Below, piece after piece: positions 35,223-49,225 of a stretch of DNA of 64,000 nt (position 1 is its first letter; each line of letters starts with the position of its first letter). Under the pieces are notes generated by a model. The model saw only the letters and a program-made list of their open reading frames with translations. It had not been told where the DNA came from and ran no database searches. The stretch is from Azolla caroliniana (Eukaryota > Plantae > Polypodiophyta), in assembly GCA_043228905.1 (NCBI GenBank), contig JBHGNT010000005.1:24366001-24430000 (forward strand), given 5' to 3'. Position numbers and translations under genes: made by a program.

Positions 35223-38200
35223 TCAATAAATTATGTGGGTTTTGATGGCCGATCAAACCCAAGGCCTAGGTATCAATATAATATGGCCTAACAATACTTG
35301 AGTTTTGAACCAAGGCCTACATATGAATAAAGATATGACCTATCCTTGAGTGGGTGTCAAGCACAAGGCCAACTCATCAATAATTTATGGTTTACCGTCA
35401 CTAGGTGAGTTTCAAACCCAATGCCTCATATAAAACATACACAAATAGCCCACCATCACTAGGTGGGTTTCGAAACCAACACCTCATAACTACCAATGGA
35501 AATATGATGTTAAATAAAGAGTGGAAAGTGGTTAGAGCGAGGAAAAGATCGTAACAATTGTAGAGATGGAGAGGTTATGTAATGCATTGGTGCCATTTAT
35601 TTAAGCACTTGCAAACGAGTCAGAACTTGATTCCGTTATAGTTTAGCACTTACCAACTTTATGCAAAAATAATATTGGCCCATTCAAAGTCTATGGTTTT
35701 GACAAATTCGGTAAATTGTTGACTTGTATGTCATTTAACTTTTTAAAACTCACATTCAAAAGAATATTAAGATCATTATCAAATCAAATCCTTGTTGAGA
35801 AAAGGGATAATTTTACTGGTCAATCTAAGAAAATGAAAATTTCATATGAAGTTTGTGGTTTGTGAGACTGCAATTTAGTAAGATTTAGGACTTTAATACG
35901 AAAATACATAACAGAAGTTGGTGGGTCTACCTTTGATCTTTTGAGAAAACTAGTGACCAGAAAACGTTTCACCATTAGGTTGGTCATGATATTGTGAAGG
36001 TGACAAGCAAATTACAAGCGCAAATGTTGCGGCATTATGGGTTACATACATATTCTCACCCAACGCACACTTGTATATGTATACATAGACAACACGGCAC
36101 ATGTGCGCATGCGCGCACACACAAAGAGGACTAAAGGTACAATATCCATTAATAACCAATTGATTATTACACCTGCCTGGGGTGTGACATTTAGTTTAAC
36201 CTTTTTGTGATGGAAATAATTTTTAAAGAATGATAAAGAGTCGTGAAGTATACATAATGGGAGCTTGTCACTTCATACGAAGCGATGACATTAGATACAT
36301 ATATCAACTATAACCCTTGAAGATAAAAAAAAAGGTTCATGCCTTGTCTTCAATTTTTGAAACTCCTTTTTATAATCTCAAAGATTACTATTGATAGCTT
36401 GTATTTGTAAACACGAGGTACCGCTTTTCCTTGAAGTGCGAGATTTACTATGAATTACGTATAATTCGTTGCTCCACATTTGCATATATGTTTGTTTATG
36501 TTAACTTAGGATCGTTTGTGGAGAAATCGTTCAAATGTGTGGCCTCGATCTATTCCTTAGGTCATATAGGATAGGAAGACTAGTGACCTCAGCCATAAAA
36601 TCATGGGTACTTTCCATGATAACAATACTGGAGATGTCTCCATAGGGAAGAGCATGAGTTATTAGTTGTAAACAATGAAACAACGAAATGAGTCATTCCT
36701 CGATCCATAAAAGAGTAAATTGCCTAGGTGAAGTCATGAAATCATAAATTTGAAGTTTTGGCATGTGGTTGATATTGTTTATGACTTCGAATCAAACGAC
36801 AACTTTGGCTACAAATTTAATGCAACTATGCCAACTTGGAGTTATTTCTCCTTAAGCTTATCAACACCCTACAACTGTACAAATGGTCCCATTGGCCTCT
36901 TTAGAGACATTACCATACTTCTTCTTCTACACAGTGTGTTCTTTATTAATGGAGGATTCATACAAGGGAGGATAGCTATATCGAGCGTTCAGACAAATGA
37001 GTCATTGAATGCTTTCATGTCTTTCAACATTTGATATTGAGAATGCAATTATAACATTTCCTTTCCTTTATGAACGACACCTTTAAATTTGAAGTAGTCA
37101 TTAAAAGTTCCGCTTTCTCTCCAATTGAATGCTATCACATCCAAAGTTTCTTGATGCAACGATTCAAAACAATGCTTTTATTAGAGCGTTAGTGTTCAGA
37201 ATGGTAGATACCCACTCATGTGACAACAAAAGTAGCAATTTTGGAAGGCCGATCAAATGATTTACATTACTCAAGGTGTTTGCGAGAATTTAATCATTAC
37301 AAGCAAATCATATTTGGGTATATTAAAACTTAACATGTAACGGGAAAATTGCACACATTTTTCATTGTGTGTTTTGCACATGATTTTTATTAGTGTCTAA
37401 CATTACACCCATTTAACATTTTGTAAACCTCAAGATGAAATAAATGCATTTAGGATTTTGAGATTGAATAGGTTTGTCATTTTGTGCACATTAATTTTAA
37501 GTAATTCATATATCGAAGGGAGTAGGACAAGGCAAAATATCATATAAATACCCCTCACCTCATGTATATCGATTATGATCCTAGCACTTTTCGTAACGCT
37601 AAAACAACACTTGTGCAAATCTTGATGATGTTCAATACTCGGATATAGAAACAATTCCTTAAATCTCGACCTTAATGAAAGGCAAGAGTTAACGTTTAAG
37701 TGTTAACATTACACCCTTCAACCACGATGATATTTGTGAGCTTGAAAACGAGAAAGTGCTTTAGTCATCCATTTTGAATGCATAATACTCGATGGGAAAC
37801 CATATCAATAGCTCTAGCCTTTGCAAACAATGCATATGCTTCTATTTTTGACATAAAATCAAGGAAAACGCTCGTTGAAGAACCAAGTTAACTATCGTGT
37901 TCAAGCGCAATGCAAAAGTGAAAGTTTGAGATTTGCTGTTCTTGCTAAGAATTCCAAACATTTTCCTCATGTGGCATTCATATTTACTGACGTTTACCAA
38001 CCACTATAGAAAAAGGCACGCACATGTGAGTTGGAACTAGGATATAAAGGTATGCTTGTGTATAGCCTCGATCAACCTTTTTGTGGTCACGAGTGAGATA
38101 GTTGTACTAATTTTGAAATGAAAGCCTGGACTGTAAAGATAGTGCTATAGTTGGATTGGGTTGTTTCTATTATGTATGATGAAGAATGGATATTGTCAAA

Positions 38201-41200
38201 ACCACCCAACCTTTTAAGAACTGAATAGATCATTTCGAAAGAAGTGCATTTCTACATATATATTTACATCATTGTAAAAATAAAGATAATGCATGATGTA
38301 ATGTGAAGCATATCGAGGTACGAACATGTCATCATCACGTTACATTGTAGAGCAAAGGTTGCGTATTCAAATGTTGCACATGTGACCTTGCACAACTATT
38401 GCGTTCTCGTTTATGTTGCTACAAATTGAGAGCTCAATAACATTAGTATTAAATCTATCTAATTCCATGTACAATCAACTAGGGAGTTGTCGATGACCTT
38501 TGTTGATGAGATAGTTGTGTGTCATGTATTCCTTATAAAAGATAGTTTATATGAATATATTTTCTCACGTAAGTATATGACATAATGCATTTGAGGTGTT
38601 TTTAATCCTATTTAAATTGCCTTAATATGCTTCATGTATTGGGTATAACAACCTTACTTTGGGCACAAAACAAGTTTTGGAATGTTGTTAAACAAAAAAA
38701 AATGCTCTAGGGCTCTAAGAGAACTTTGACATTTTAAGGTATTTGGATTGGGAGGATTATCGACATTTTAGAGCTTTGTACCTTATAGATAAAAGATTTC
38801 ATCAACATCCTATTAGTCTTGGGAGATGCTATCCTATGGTCAAACATCAGGAGAAAACGTTCGTATTTCTCAGATTTATGCACATAAAGACAAGTACTAC
38901 AAAGCATTGCATTATAGAGTCAAAATATACATCATAAAGTAATCGAACATTGATAAATTGGTATTCTTGAATGGCTTCAAAATATGGTGATATATAGTCA
39001 TGATGTCTCTCCTTTGGACTTTTCGCCTAGCATGTTCAAGAAAGGAAATGTTGGGAACCGGGATGCTCTTTGCTTAAGAGTGTGAAAATGCACATGCTCT
39101 TATATATGTGGCACTTCTTGTTTCTAATATATTAGCATTAAAAGATGTTTTTCTTTTGTCCACTGTAGCAAACAAATATCGTATTCACTAAAGAGTCAAC
39201 TGTAGTTTACTAACTCAAATAATTTCAAATTACCTCTCATTTTGTTAATGGTAATGAGAACATGTAACTGCACACATCATGCTCTTTCATTTCTTAGAGG
39301 GGGATTTCTACCTCAATTTGTCATTAAAACCAAGGTAGATACTTAGCTAAAAGAGAATCTAGAGATATTTGGATGGTGCCAACATTATTCTATCTTTTAT
39401 GGGAGTTGAATATCATGATTTTATTGCATTGGGATGGATGAGGATCTTGATAAAGCTCAAAAGGTTGTTACTTATTACAGTGGCCATACGGATCACAAAA
39501 ATGACCTTTTCACAGCCAATAACAAAATTGGTAGCCCCCATTCCTTCCAAAATTTTAAAGCTCAGGTTATTTAAAGAGAAATGTCTTGATGTTGGTAATT
39601 TAATGTTGAAGGATATTTACTTTCATTTTTCTAAAAGAAATAGCTGCGGCGTTTAAGAGATTACTACTTTGATGTATAAACCATGGAACCAATAACATAC
39701 AGGAAATACATAGATTTTATTTATGTTTTCATAACTATTGACTAGTAAAAATATACAAATATTTGTTCTTACAAAATGATACCCATAAATTTTCAAGTAT
39801 CCCAAGCCTTGATGTGACATGCTTTTCCAACGATGTAAACTTGACTAATTTGCAATGTGCATTACTATGAATTCCCTCACACCATTTTCAAGAGTGAATG
39901 CATATATTTCTTCAACTACATAAGTTACAAAGGTTTGGTTGTAGAGTTTCTCAACTTCGAAACTCAAACCTTGCGTTATCACAAAGTAAAATACTAATTT
40001 TTTTGACATTCATAACCCTCATCCTTTGAACATGAACAAAGAACTTGACATTTCATCCTCACCTTCATTTCAAACAAGAACTTGATATCATCTCCATCAA
40101 GTAGATGCAAAGCATAAAGCAAAAAGGATTCCAATACAATATCACAATACACTATTATTTTATGGTTTCTTAAGATAGATGCACTTGTGACAAAACTTCC
40201 CACAAAGTTCATCCAGAATTAATTACATTTTGGATTCTCATAAATACATCAAGTCTACATGATGGAGCATAAATTCAGCCTAAAATATGAACATAAATAC
40301 AAACATTGCATCAACTGTTTCACTTAAACAAATCACCTATGATAAGAGACAAAATTTCACCAACTAAACATCTATGCTTTTTTGTGTAGCAATGGAAATT
40401 AGTTATTGCCAATCATAAACCATGACCTGCGATGTTTTCTGGTCATCTACACATGCCTCAAACATGTATCAATATCATTAAAACTCTTTTTTTTTGGAAA
40501 AAAAAAATCATAAAAACTTTCTCCTGAGGTTTAGCACTTGCAATCGCAAGACATGCTGTTGTACTTTCCATGAAATGGAAGGGAAGACAAATCTGTCATA
40601 ATGGGACCAGCATCTTGAATACAAATCTTCTTGATATAAAATTTGGATTATTGATACTGAAAACATATTTCGAATATCACGTGCTCACTCATGGATACCA
40701 TCCAGAAATCTACACATTTCTAATTAAGTATATGGATCTTGCCTTACAGTGTTGCTTTCAATCATTATCAAATTCAGAAGCAATGATGCACCCACCTTTC
40801 AATCATTATCAAATTCAGAAATCAATAATGCACCCACAACATGTATTTATTAAGTTGTTTCGTTGATTGCATGAATTTAATGGTTAATATATATATACAT
40901 CGAGAAAAGAAAACTATATGACAAGTCAAAATGGTGTTTAGAGCTACAATGTTGGTTGTTCCGTTGATTTAATGAAAGATTTCATCATCTGCCGAGTGCT
41001 CATTCAAATGTGTGGCTTGATTACACTAATTCTAGCTCTGTTTTTAACCTGCAACCAACTCAACCAAAAGAAGAGATACACGAATGTAAAATTTATACAT
41101 ACATCTAATATAAACCATGAATGGAAGTGATATATTAACGCATTTTATTGCTAGCCCAGACAGAAAAATGAAGTCATATGACAATGTGTAGATTGTAATA

Positions 41201-41497
41201 AAAACTAAAGCAAGATATAAAGACAAAAGATTAATTTGTGTAGATTTAAAAAATGCTGTTGCAAGGAGCTTGCTTTGATGAAATAATTATATTTTCATGG
41301 GAAACAACTTACAACAAAAAGAAGGTTACGTTAATATAAAAATGATATCCAAACAAATCAAGGCTCGAAAAATAGTACAAATTTGCATGTATGCAGATAG
41401 GTGTATGCATGATATATTCCGAGTAAGAACACAATTTTACCTTTCAGGAGACATAAGAGTACAAATTGACATTATAACCATACGAAACAGATCATCT

Positions 41498-44004
41498 TCA
41501 ACCAGCACCACCAACTGAGGCTAATCCATTAGAAACCACAGTATCATCAGCTTCATTCTCCACCATAGCCTGCCATACAAATCATCTTTCTCTCTTACTC
41601 ATTTCCTTGAAAAATAGGAAATGTGCACGTAGAACTAGAACATACAACCATATGCAAGTAGTGCAAGTTCAACTCTTAAAGGAGAGAAATCCACAAAGAA
41701 ATATGACCAATAATATTGTATGAAAGTCATAGTGAATCTGCCAACAAGTGAAATTGATATCAAGTGAAATTTGAAAATTCCTATTGATTCTGCATCTTAA
41801 CCTAACTAACGTAAGAACCTCCACAAGTGTGTCTATAACAAACCAGAAAATGCATCATTTCTCAGTAGGCACAATGCGAATAGTACATGCAGTGCTGTAG
41901 GAAATAGTAATCAGGTAAAAATTACTTGAGGGATGCCTGAAAGCCGAGGAGGGCTCACAGCACCAGGAGTCTTAGATAATTCTCTTAATACACCCTGTAG
42001 ATAGAGAAATTAAAGAAAATGAGGCAACATAAATTAATGAGATGAATGGAGAAGTGAATAGCTCTACCTTGTTAGCCCACATCAACCCACAAGCATTGCA
42101 TAGTGTTCTGGGACCATCAGGACCTCTTCGCATCATAGGAGTAGATCGTTCTCCAATCCCACAGTGAAGACAACTGAAGAAATTCAGCAAGGTTTTTACA
42201 GAATGAAACTTCTTAAAAGCAATTCAAATGGACGAGGCAATCTTTAGAGTTCACTATTCATATCTTCCGAAGGGTTACAAGGTTTTCAAAAATCTCATTT
42301 GGCACAAGATGAAACTCAGTCAGCTTGATCCCTTCCAATTTGCTAGAAGAATTTTCAATAATTCTGAATTCCTAGTCCCAAATTGAGGACTATACAATGA
42401 ATTTCTACTTTCCGTTAGTCAAGAAACTTTAGAGTTCATTCTCATATTGTCAATATCTGAGTTCGTTCTTCATATTCCTTAAGGGTCGCAAGGCTTCCGA
42501 TAATCTCATACGATACAAGATGAATCTCAGTCACATTGATCCCTTACAAAATGCTAACAGAATTTTCAATAAGACTGAAACCCTAATTCCCAAAATTGTG
42601 GACTATCCACTGAAGCACTAATTTCAATTGGTCTGCAAAGTCGAGTTTGGATCCTACTGAATCCGTTTTGCTTAAGATTCTGACAAGAAATGTCGGCTTA
42701 CCAAATTCATGAAATATAATTTATGACAAACTTCCTATGCAGGCTTACAAATTTCATAACAAAAGATCTACCCAACACGAGTTATCATAGAGATAGAATT
42801 AGCAAACAATGAGAAACTTTAAAGTGATGATATTTACATGGTTTCCTCCTGTCGAGCAGGTGTAGGTTGATTATTCCAGGATTCTGCGTTTCCAGAATTT
42901 GATAAACTTGAACCTTCCTCTAATACAGATTTTGATGATGCAAATTGTCCCCTCTTCCTTTGCATCCTGGGAAAGACAGTATGCGTATGTAAAAACCTCA
43001 AAAAATCATATATTATCCTATAGGAGTAAGGGACATCTAGTATAAATAGCATTCAATCATCTATAAAGCAATGCCAAGTAACTCAGGTGATCAATACATA
43101 TATGTAAATCGATAAACCTTTGTGCAACTTCTTTTCGGACACTGTATCGAATCTTCTTCTCAAAATTGCGCTCTTTCCGCTTTTCTCGAAATCTTGTCAA
43201 TGATGCCAGCCTCTGCGGCATATTCAGTCGTTGTGGAAGGTCAGGTGATATCTGCACATGAAGGGACGCAAGTACATTTAAGAGGATTGATAGATCACCA
43301 ACATGTCTGTTTTTTTATAACAAATCAAACCTTTAGTTGGTGGTTCTGCATTGAGGCACTCGACATCCCAATTGGCACCTCACGCCCTCCCAGCAGTAGT
43401 AGTACTGCTTGTACCTGCATCTCACACACACATATATGTGAGTGCACATATTAGATATAAACACACAATACATATAAACTATCAATAAAGAAGTACAACA
43501 AATCAAAAGCATTGACAACAGAAAGGATGACTAAACAGCAGAAGAATTGTTGGAGATTACCTTTTCTGGTGGGACTGTGTCAAAAACATAGACTTCACCC
43601 TGATATGTCAAAGTGAGCTGATCTGTTCCTTGCACTCGGGTGGTTAGGCCCAATTGAGGATCACCAGGATGGCCTCCATCTGAATGCATCTCGGCTTCCT
43701 CCAGCCTATCATCATCTGAATCATCTTCAGCCTCCTCTCCTAGACTGTTCTCATCTCTATGCATCACATGTCCATGAGGGTGGTGAGGATGCATATAGTG
43801 AAGGTGTACACGCCCATGCTCAACCATGTGTTCCTGAGGATCCCCTTCCTGAGTGTGACCACTATTCATATCAGGCACATGAGTATGAGGAAGGCTACTC
43901 ATATGTGACTGTGGCAAAGCATGACCATGCCCATGGTTGTAAAGAGAGGGATGCTGATGGCCATGAAGAGCTTGTTGGTTAGCAGTATGATTCATGCCCG
44001 ACAT
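41498..44004 (-). CDS. ZML: ZIM-like GATA transcription factor (TIFY + CCT + GATA), 345 aa, copy b. Exons 44004-43561, 43414-43331, 43251-43118, 42966-42838, 42173-42068, 41994-41926, 41569-41498
   Basis: Same domains and same intron positions as copy a. [35 protein letters not shown] is intact and there are no stops. Confidence 0.94.
42242..42630. repeat. Diverged tandem duplication (~213 bp period) in ZML-b intron 4
   Basis: GAGTTC...CATAT...AAGGGT..CAAGG...AATCTCAT...ACAAGATGAA.CTCAGTCA..TTGATCCC occurs twice. Confidence 0.75.
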
Positions 44005-44759
44005 CTTAACTGAGAAGTTCCAAAGTCATTAAATCAAATCATCATATTTCTTTCCAACCCAAACAATCATCAAGCATTCCATCTCTGTAACCAGCAACCA
44101 AACATGACCTGTTGTACACTCCACCTTCTTATTGACAATCTGCAAAAAAGTATTCCATTCAGTCATACATGAAATGATCATCTGTATACTCCTTTAAACC
44201 AGTCAAAAAAAGTAGACCAGGTTCCATTCTTGTTCCGTTTTAGGTGAGACAAGACATTTTACAACACGAAAACATACAGTATCAACCGAGGCATCCAATC
44301 TCCTTTAGATTATGTCAAAAAGATGACAAACTAGAATAGAATCATAAGGATTTTTTGTAGTGAACCCACAACCTCGAAATTGCAATAAAACCAATTTCAT
44401 CATATTTATATATTTGGATTTTAGAATTTCAAGAAGGTAACTTTGTGAATTTAGGTGAAGTGATCTACCAAGATGTCTTAAGTTTCTCACACTCACAATG
44501 TGCACTCTCGATTGCACCATTCATTGGTAACATTCTTGAACATCGAGAGTTAATACTCACTTTCACATGTATTATGTGAAAATGTTCTATTTCTAGTCTC
44601 ATAGGTCATATATGATATCTGAAGTTCATAATAAAATCTAACTATCTATCTCTCTTTTTCATAAATTTGTATTAGAACAAGATGATAATACAAAACATTG
44701 TTATCTTAACTTCACTAGTAGGGATACTGCAAGGTAAACCCTCTCATTTGCTATTATAC

Positions 44760-45360
44760 TAGATGGCATAAATTTACTTCTTGGGACGTCCCCATACAAC
44801 ATAGAGTTTGGGGTGCACACTAATGATGTATCCCATAAGTTGGTTGAAGATAGAGATTAGTTAGTGAAGAAGGTTTGGGATACATCGCGCATTGCGTGAT
44901 GTGTAAAATGATGGTGTCAGTTTTGGATGCAAGCTGGCATTCTCATCTTCCATTTCGTGCAAAGGTGTCTCTTTGGCGTGCGATGGTCAGTGGGTTGCCT
45001 TTGGCGATGGCTTTCAAATGAAGACATGTTTCGAATGTGACATGTTTTTTTTCTTTACAATGATTGAGGGAGGTGGCAAAACTGGTTCACTGCATGCCCA
45101 GTTACTAAAGCCATTTGGGTTGTCACATCACAAATTTGGGCATCATTAATTGGCAATGTTTTGATAGCTTTTAAATGGTTTTCATTGATGATGTAAGAGC
45201 TCTAACCCAACCCAACATATCAGGTGGTGTTTGTCTATCTTAGGTATTGGGAGATGTGGTATAATTGGAGCTTGAGAAATGTGTTCCTGTTTGATGAATT
45301 TCATGGGGTATCACAACAAATATATAGGCTGAAGGGGAAGTTGATTTGGCAATTTTTGGA
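44760..45360 (+). mobile_element. Degenerate L1-like LINE 3' fragment in the presumed 5'UTR intron of ZML-b
   Basis: Frames KVSLWRAMVSGLPL and WFTACPVTKAIW resemble the zf-RVT C..C...H....C region of plant L1 ORF2. Confidence 0.55.
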
Positions 45361-46699
45361 TCTCTCTCTCTCGGTAAAAAGCACACAATTATATTAGTAA
45401 ACGTACAAAAAGCACTACAATGGTATCATAATTGAGTAGTGTGGCCACTACATGAGTAGTTGGACATGCCGAATCGCCAATTGGCAAAATGCACACCCCA
45501 CCCAAGAAAAATTTCGACTTGCTCTAATAAACAGATCTGCCACATCAATACTCACTTCACCTTTCCTACATATGATCTAACTCCATGTAGACTATTGTAA
45601 GCCCATTGTAATCATTAACCCAGAAATAAAAACCAATGGACATGATAATAAGTTTTCTCAAAATCTAACTACACCATAATCATTTCTTGTTGAGTATGTC
45701 GTGTATAATCCATAGTCACTCAAACAGTCAGCACATTATGCAATATTTTCATATCTGCAATGAAACCATATTGGGTAGGGTGTATCAACTTTGGCAAATA
45801 CTTCTATAAACTAGTTATCAAGACCTTTGTAAGTATCTTATACAACCCCCCATCAAAGAAATAGGCCGCCACTGGTGAAATGGCTCATGTGCTGCCAACT
45901 TTGAAACTAACTTAATAAGATCAACATTCCAAGCTTGAGGCATTCAACCAAAATCCCAACAATGCTGAAACATCAAAGTTGGGGTGTCCCCCTCTCTCTC
46001 TCACACACACACACACATTTCAAGAAGAGGTAACAACCTCTTTAGTGCTTCAGCTGTGGTAGTTTCTTTGTCTACTTTTTCTTCTTCCATATATTTTCTT
46101 ACTTGACGAAAATAAAAAATAAGTTATTTCAATAAGTACGAAGAAAAATGATGAGAGTTACAATGCCTTGGCTCTTCTCTTCTTCAACGAGGAAGCACAA
46201 ATAAGAAAGAAAGAACTTTAGATATATGGAATAAAGGAAAACCTTGTAAAATGTGATGTTGTAAGTAGGCCAGAGAAACTTGCTTCCTGCTCTTCATTTC
46301 CTTGCATGATTTTTTCTTACTCAAAGAAGAAGAAGAAGAAGAAGAAGAAAAGAAAGCAAGGACGAAAACGGTGGAATCAGAGCTGGATTCTCTTATCAGA
46401 GACAGGGAATTCTGGAAGAAGAGTGAATACCTGGACAGAGGACGAACATAGATATCGATGGATGGATGGATGGATGGATGAATGGCGAGGAAGCAGAGAA
46501 ACGGAGGGAGAGGAGAAACCGATGGATCCTCCAGTGAGGAGTATACTAGCAAACATACACATATAATCTAATATATATATGTATATACATATATACATAT
46601 ATGTGAGTGAGGAGTATACAAGCAAACATACATATATAATCAAATATATATATGTATAAATATACATTATACATATACGTATGTGTGTACATATAAATA

Positions 46700-46737
<38 letters not shown>

Positions 46738-47269
46738 TGTGTGTGTGTGTGTGGATATGCACATTGCAAACATGTGAGGGGAGGGGTGTTCTCTTTTTTG
46801 TTTCATGATCTCATTCTTCTTTCTTTGCTTATCTCTCAATTCCCTACAACATTACATAATCTCGCTTCCTAATATCAACCAAATTCATGTGTGTGTTTTT
46901 TGTTTGTATCTGTTTGTGTTTCTGTACCTTTGTGTTTGTATTTGTGTGTGTGTGTGACTCTCACTCTCTCTCTCTAGAAGGGAACGTGAGCTACGTCGAC
47001 TAGAAGCTATGGTTGGGGCACCTTTTACATTGGGGCCACGGGCCACATCCACATCGAAACCCTTTGACCTCTTGCTTCTCTTCAAGAGACTTGGATGGAA
47101 ATGAAATTAGGTCTAGTATAACATCATTTGTTATTTTACTATAACTATTTAGCTTAAAACTCTATTTTTATTTTTATTTTTTACTTTTGATGAATGGGTA
47201 AATATCACATTTTTTGTTGTTAACCATTTGTCTCATGGGCCAATTTTGGCCTTAGAAGACATTAATATA

Positions 47270-47310
<41 letters not shown>

Positions 47311-49225
47311 CACCAGAATTGCTCTTGGCCACCACTAGCATTAGGATCTGTAAGTATGAGGATACCGAAGTCAAGCACATGGGCCACACCATTGCCCCAT
47401 CAATCGTCTGCATTGATTGACCAACCATACCCGGCGATAATGCTCTCTTGTATGAGATTAAAATTGCACTTCATGCTTTCTTGAACCATCGTCATCATCG
47501 TTCCCAACCACTGCCGTTAGAATCCTTATTCTCGATGTATAAGGAAGCCCAAAGCTCTCTTTTTCTCTGTTATTATGTTGCTCACATGAATTCGCCATGA
47601 TTTCTCATAGGCTGATCTACTGCTCTTGAAGATGACAACCTCTCCCTCATAGATCATATTTGACCTCCGAAAACGATAATAAAATCTATCCCTCCCTCCT
47701 AAATTTTGCCTTTCTCCAGCAAGGATATATGTTATTGCATCATTTTCAATCAAACATGCATTTCTTTCTTATGACAGTCAACCTCATTGTCATCCTGTCA
47801 ATTAAAGGTCATACCGCCAATTGTTGGGCTATACCACCAGGCTGCCATATTCATACTACACAAAATCTCATCACATGGTATTTTCATCAGAATTTCTAAA
47901 TGATCATAGGTGAAAATATAATTGTAGCATTATAAGACATACAAGGTTATGCACGCACATTGTCATCAAAATCCAAAAGCAACTTGTCCAAAACTAAAGT
48001 CAGCACCTTAATCATGCCAACTAACACAATTCATGAATGGTCCTTACAATCAGAGGTATACTAGAAACAGAGCATGAGTGAAAATTCCTCAGGTAGAACA
48101 TGTATAGGAAAGAAAGACAACAAACTTCACCTCTTAAAATTTTCCTTGAACATCTTCTGAGGACCAAGAACACATCCCAACTTGTGGCTTGATCCATAGT
48201 AAGGATAGAATAATTGCTCACATGACAATGACTTCTTAAAGAAATAAAAGTGCAGCAGTAACTTAATCCAAGGATTTATCGAGTTACAATCTCAGTACTA
48301 ATTTGAATCTGTCAAATCTTCACTTCAAAATTGCAACAGATTTGTCAATTTCCCAATTTGAATCTAACTTTCTCCATGAACATTCAAATAGAAAATAGCT
48401 TATGGACCAGCTATAATAATGCCTTCAAGTCTTTCAATTTATCAAACCAAAGTCCAAAATGCTTTGATTCAATGCTAATCACATAAACAATTGATTAATA
48501 ACATTTGAACATCCCCATATTACAAGGGCCAAAAGATTAAATGCAGTAAAAAGATATCCACAATCACTTTCCTTATTTCCCCAAATACCCCCTTCATTAT
48601 GATTATTTCTGATATACAGCCGCTCAGTCAAACCCTGAGAAAACAATTATCAAACCAAAAACTAGATACTGTGACATAGAACTCAGGCAATGAACATAAG
48701 CACAACCAACCCTATGGAATTGCAGAAACCAGGTTATCTTGTGGTACAGGACAAATTAATACCAAAAATAAAATCAAAACTTAGTAGCCGATGGTGATTA
48801 AAAAGACTAATCCACAAAATCATGGTTAAACTGCTATCTTGATATAAAAAGTTCATGAGAAAACCACATAAATCAGCTAAAGCTTAAATTTAAAAACAAA
48901 TTTTTTAAGGTACAGAGAGTTGTCCTTGCAGTGTTTTTTTGGTTCATAGAAGATCCAAGATCTCTGGGTCATTTCGAGTTTGGCAGCTACTAGCTATACC
49001 TGAAAACTGCAACAAACAAAATACATCTCTTCTCTGCCATTGATCACCATAATCTAAATACCATCATCATAATACCGAAAGAATCTCATTACAATGGGAG
49101 TCTCTACCTTGAAATTGTCCCATAATGCGCTACGAACAAGAGCATAAACTAGGTATTCATGGTAGTACAAAAACTATCTAGTTTGTGTTTATATTGTTAT
49201 TCCATATAGTTGATTTGATTTATCC

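Noticed and set aside
36200-39700. Degenerate MULE transposase (weak FP..H and CTC SWIM-like hints)
   Set aside because: The motifs are too fragmentary to support a call without a profile search.
47310-47760. Minus-strand frame VAHVLDFGI resembling a kinase DFG or GRAS VHIID motif
   Set aside because: Flanked by stops with no neighbouring family motifs, so likely chance or TE debris.
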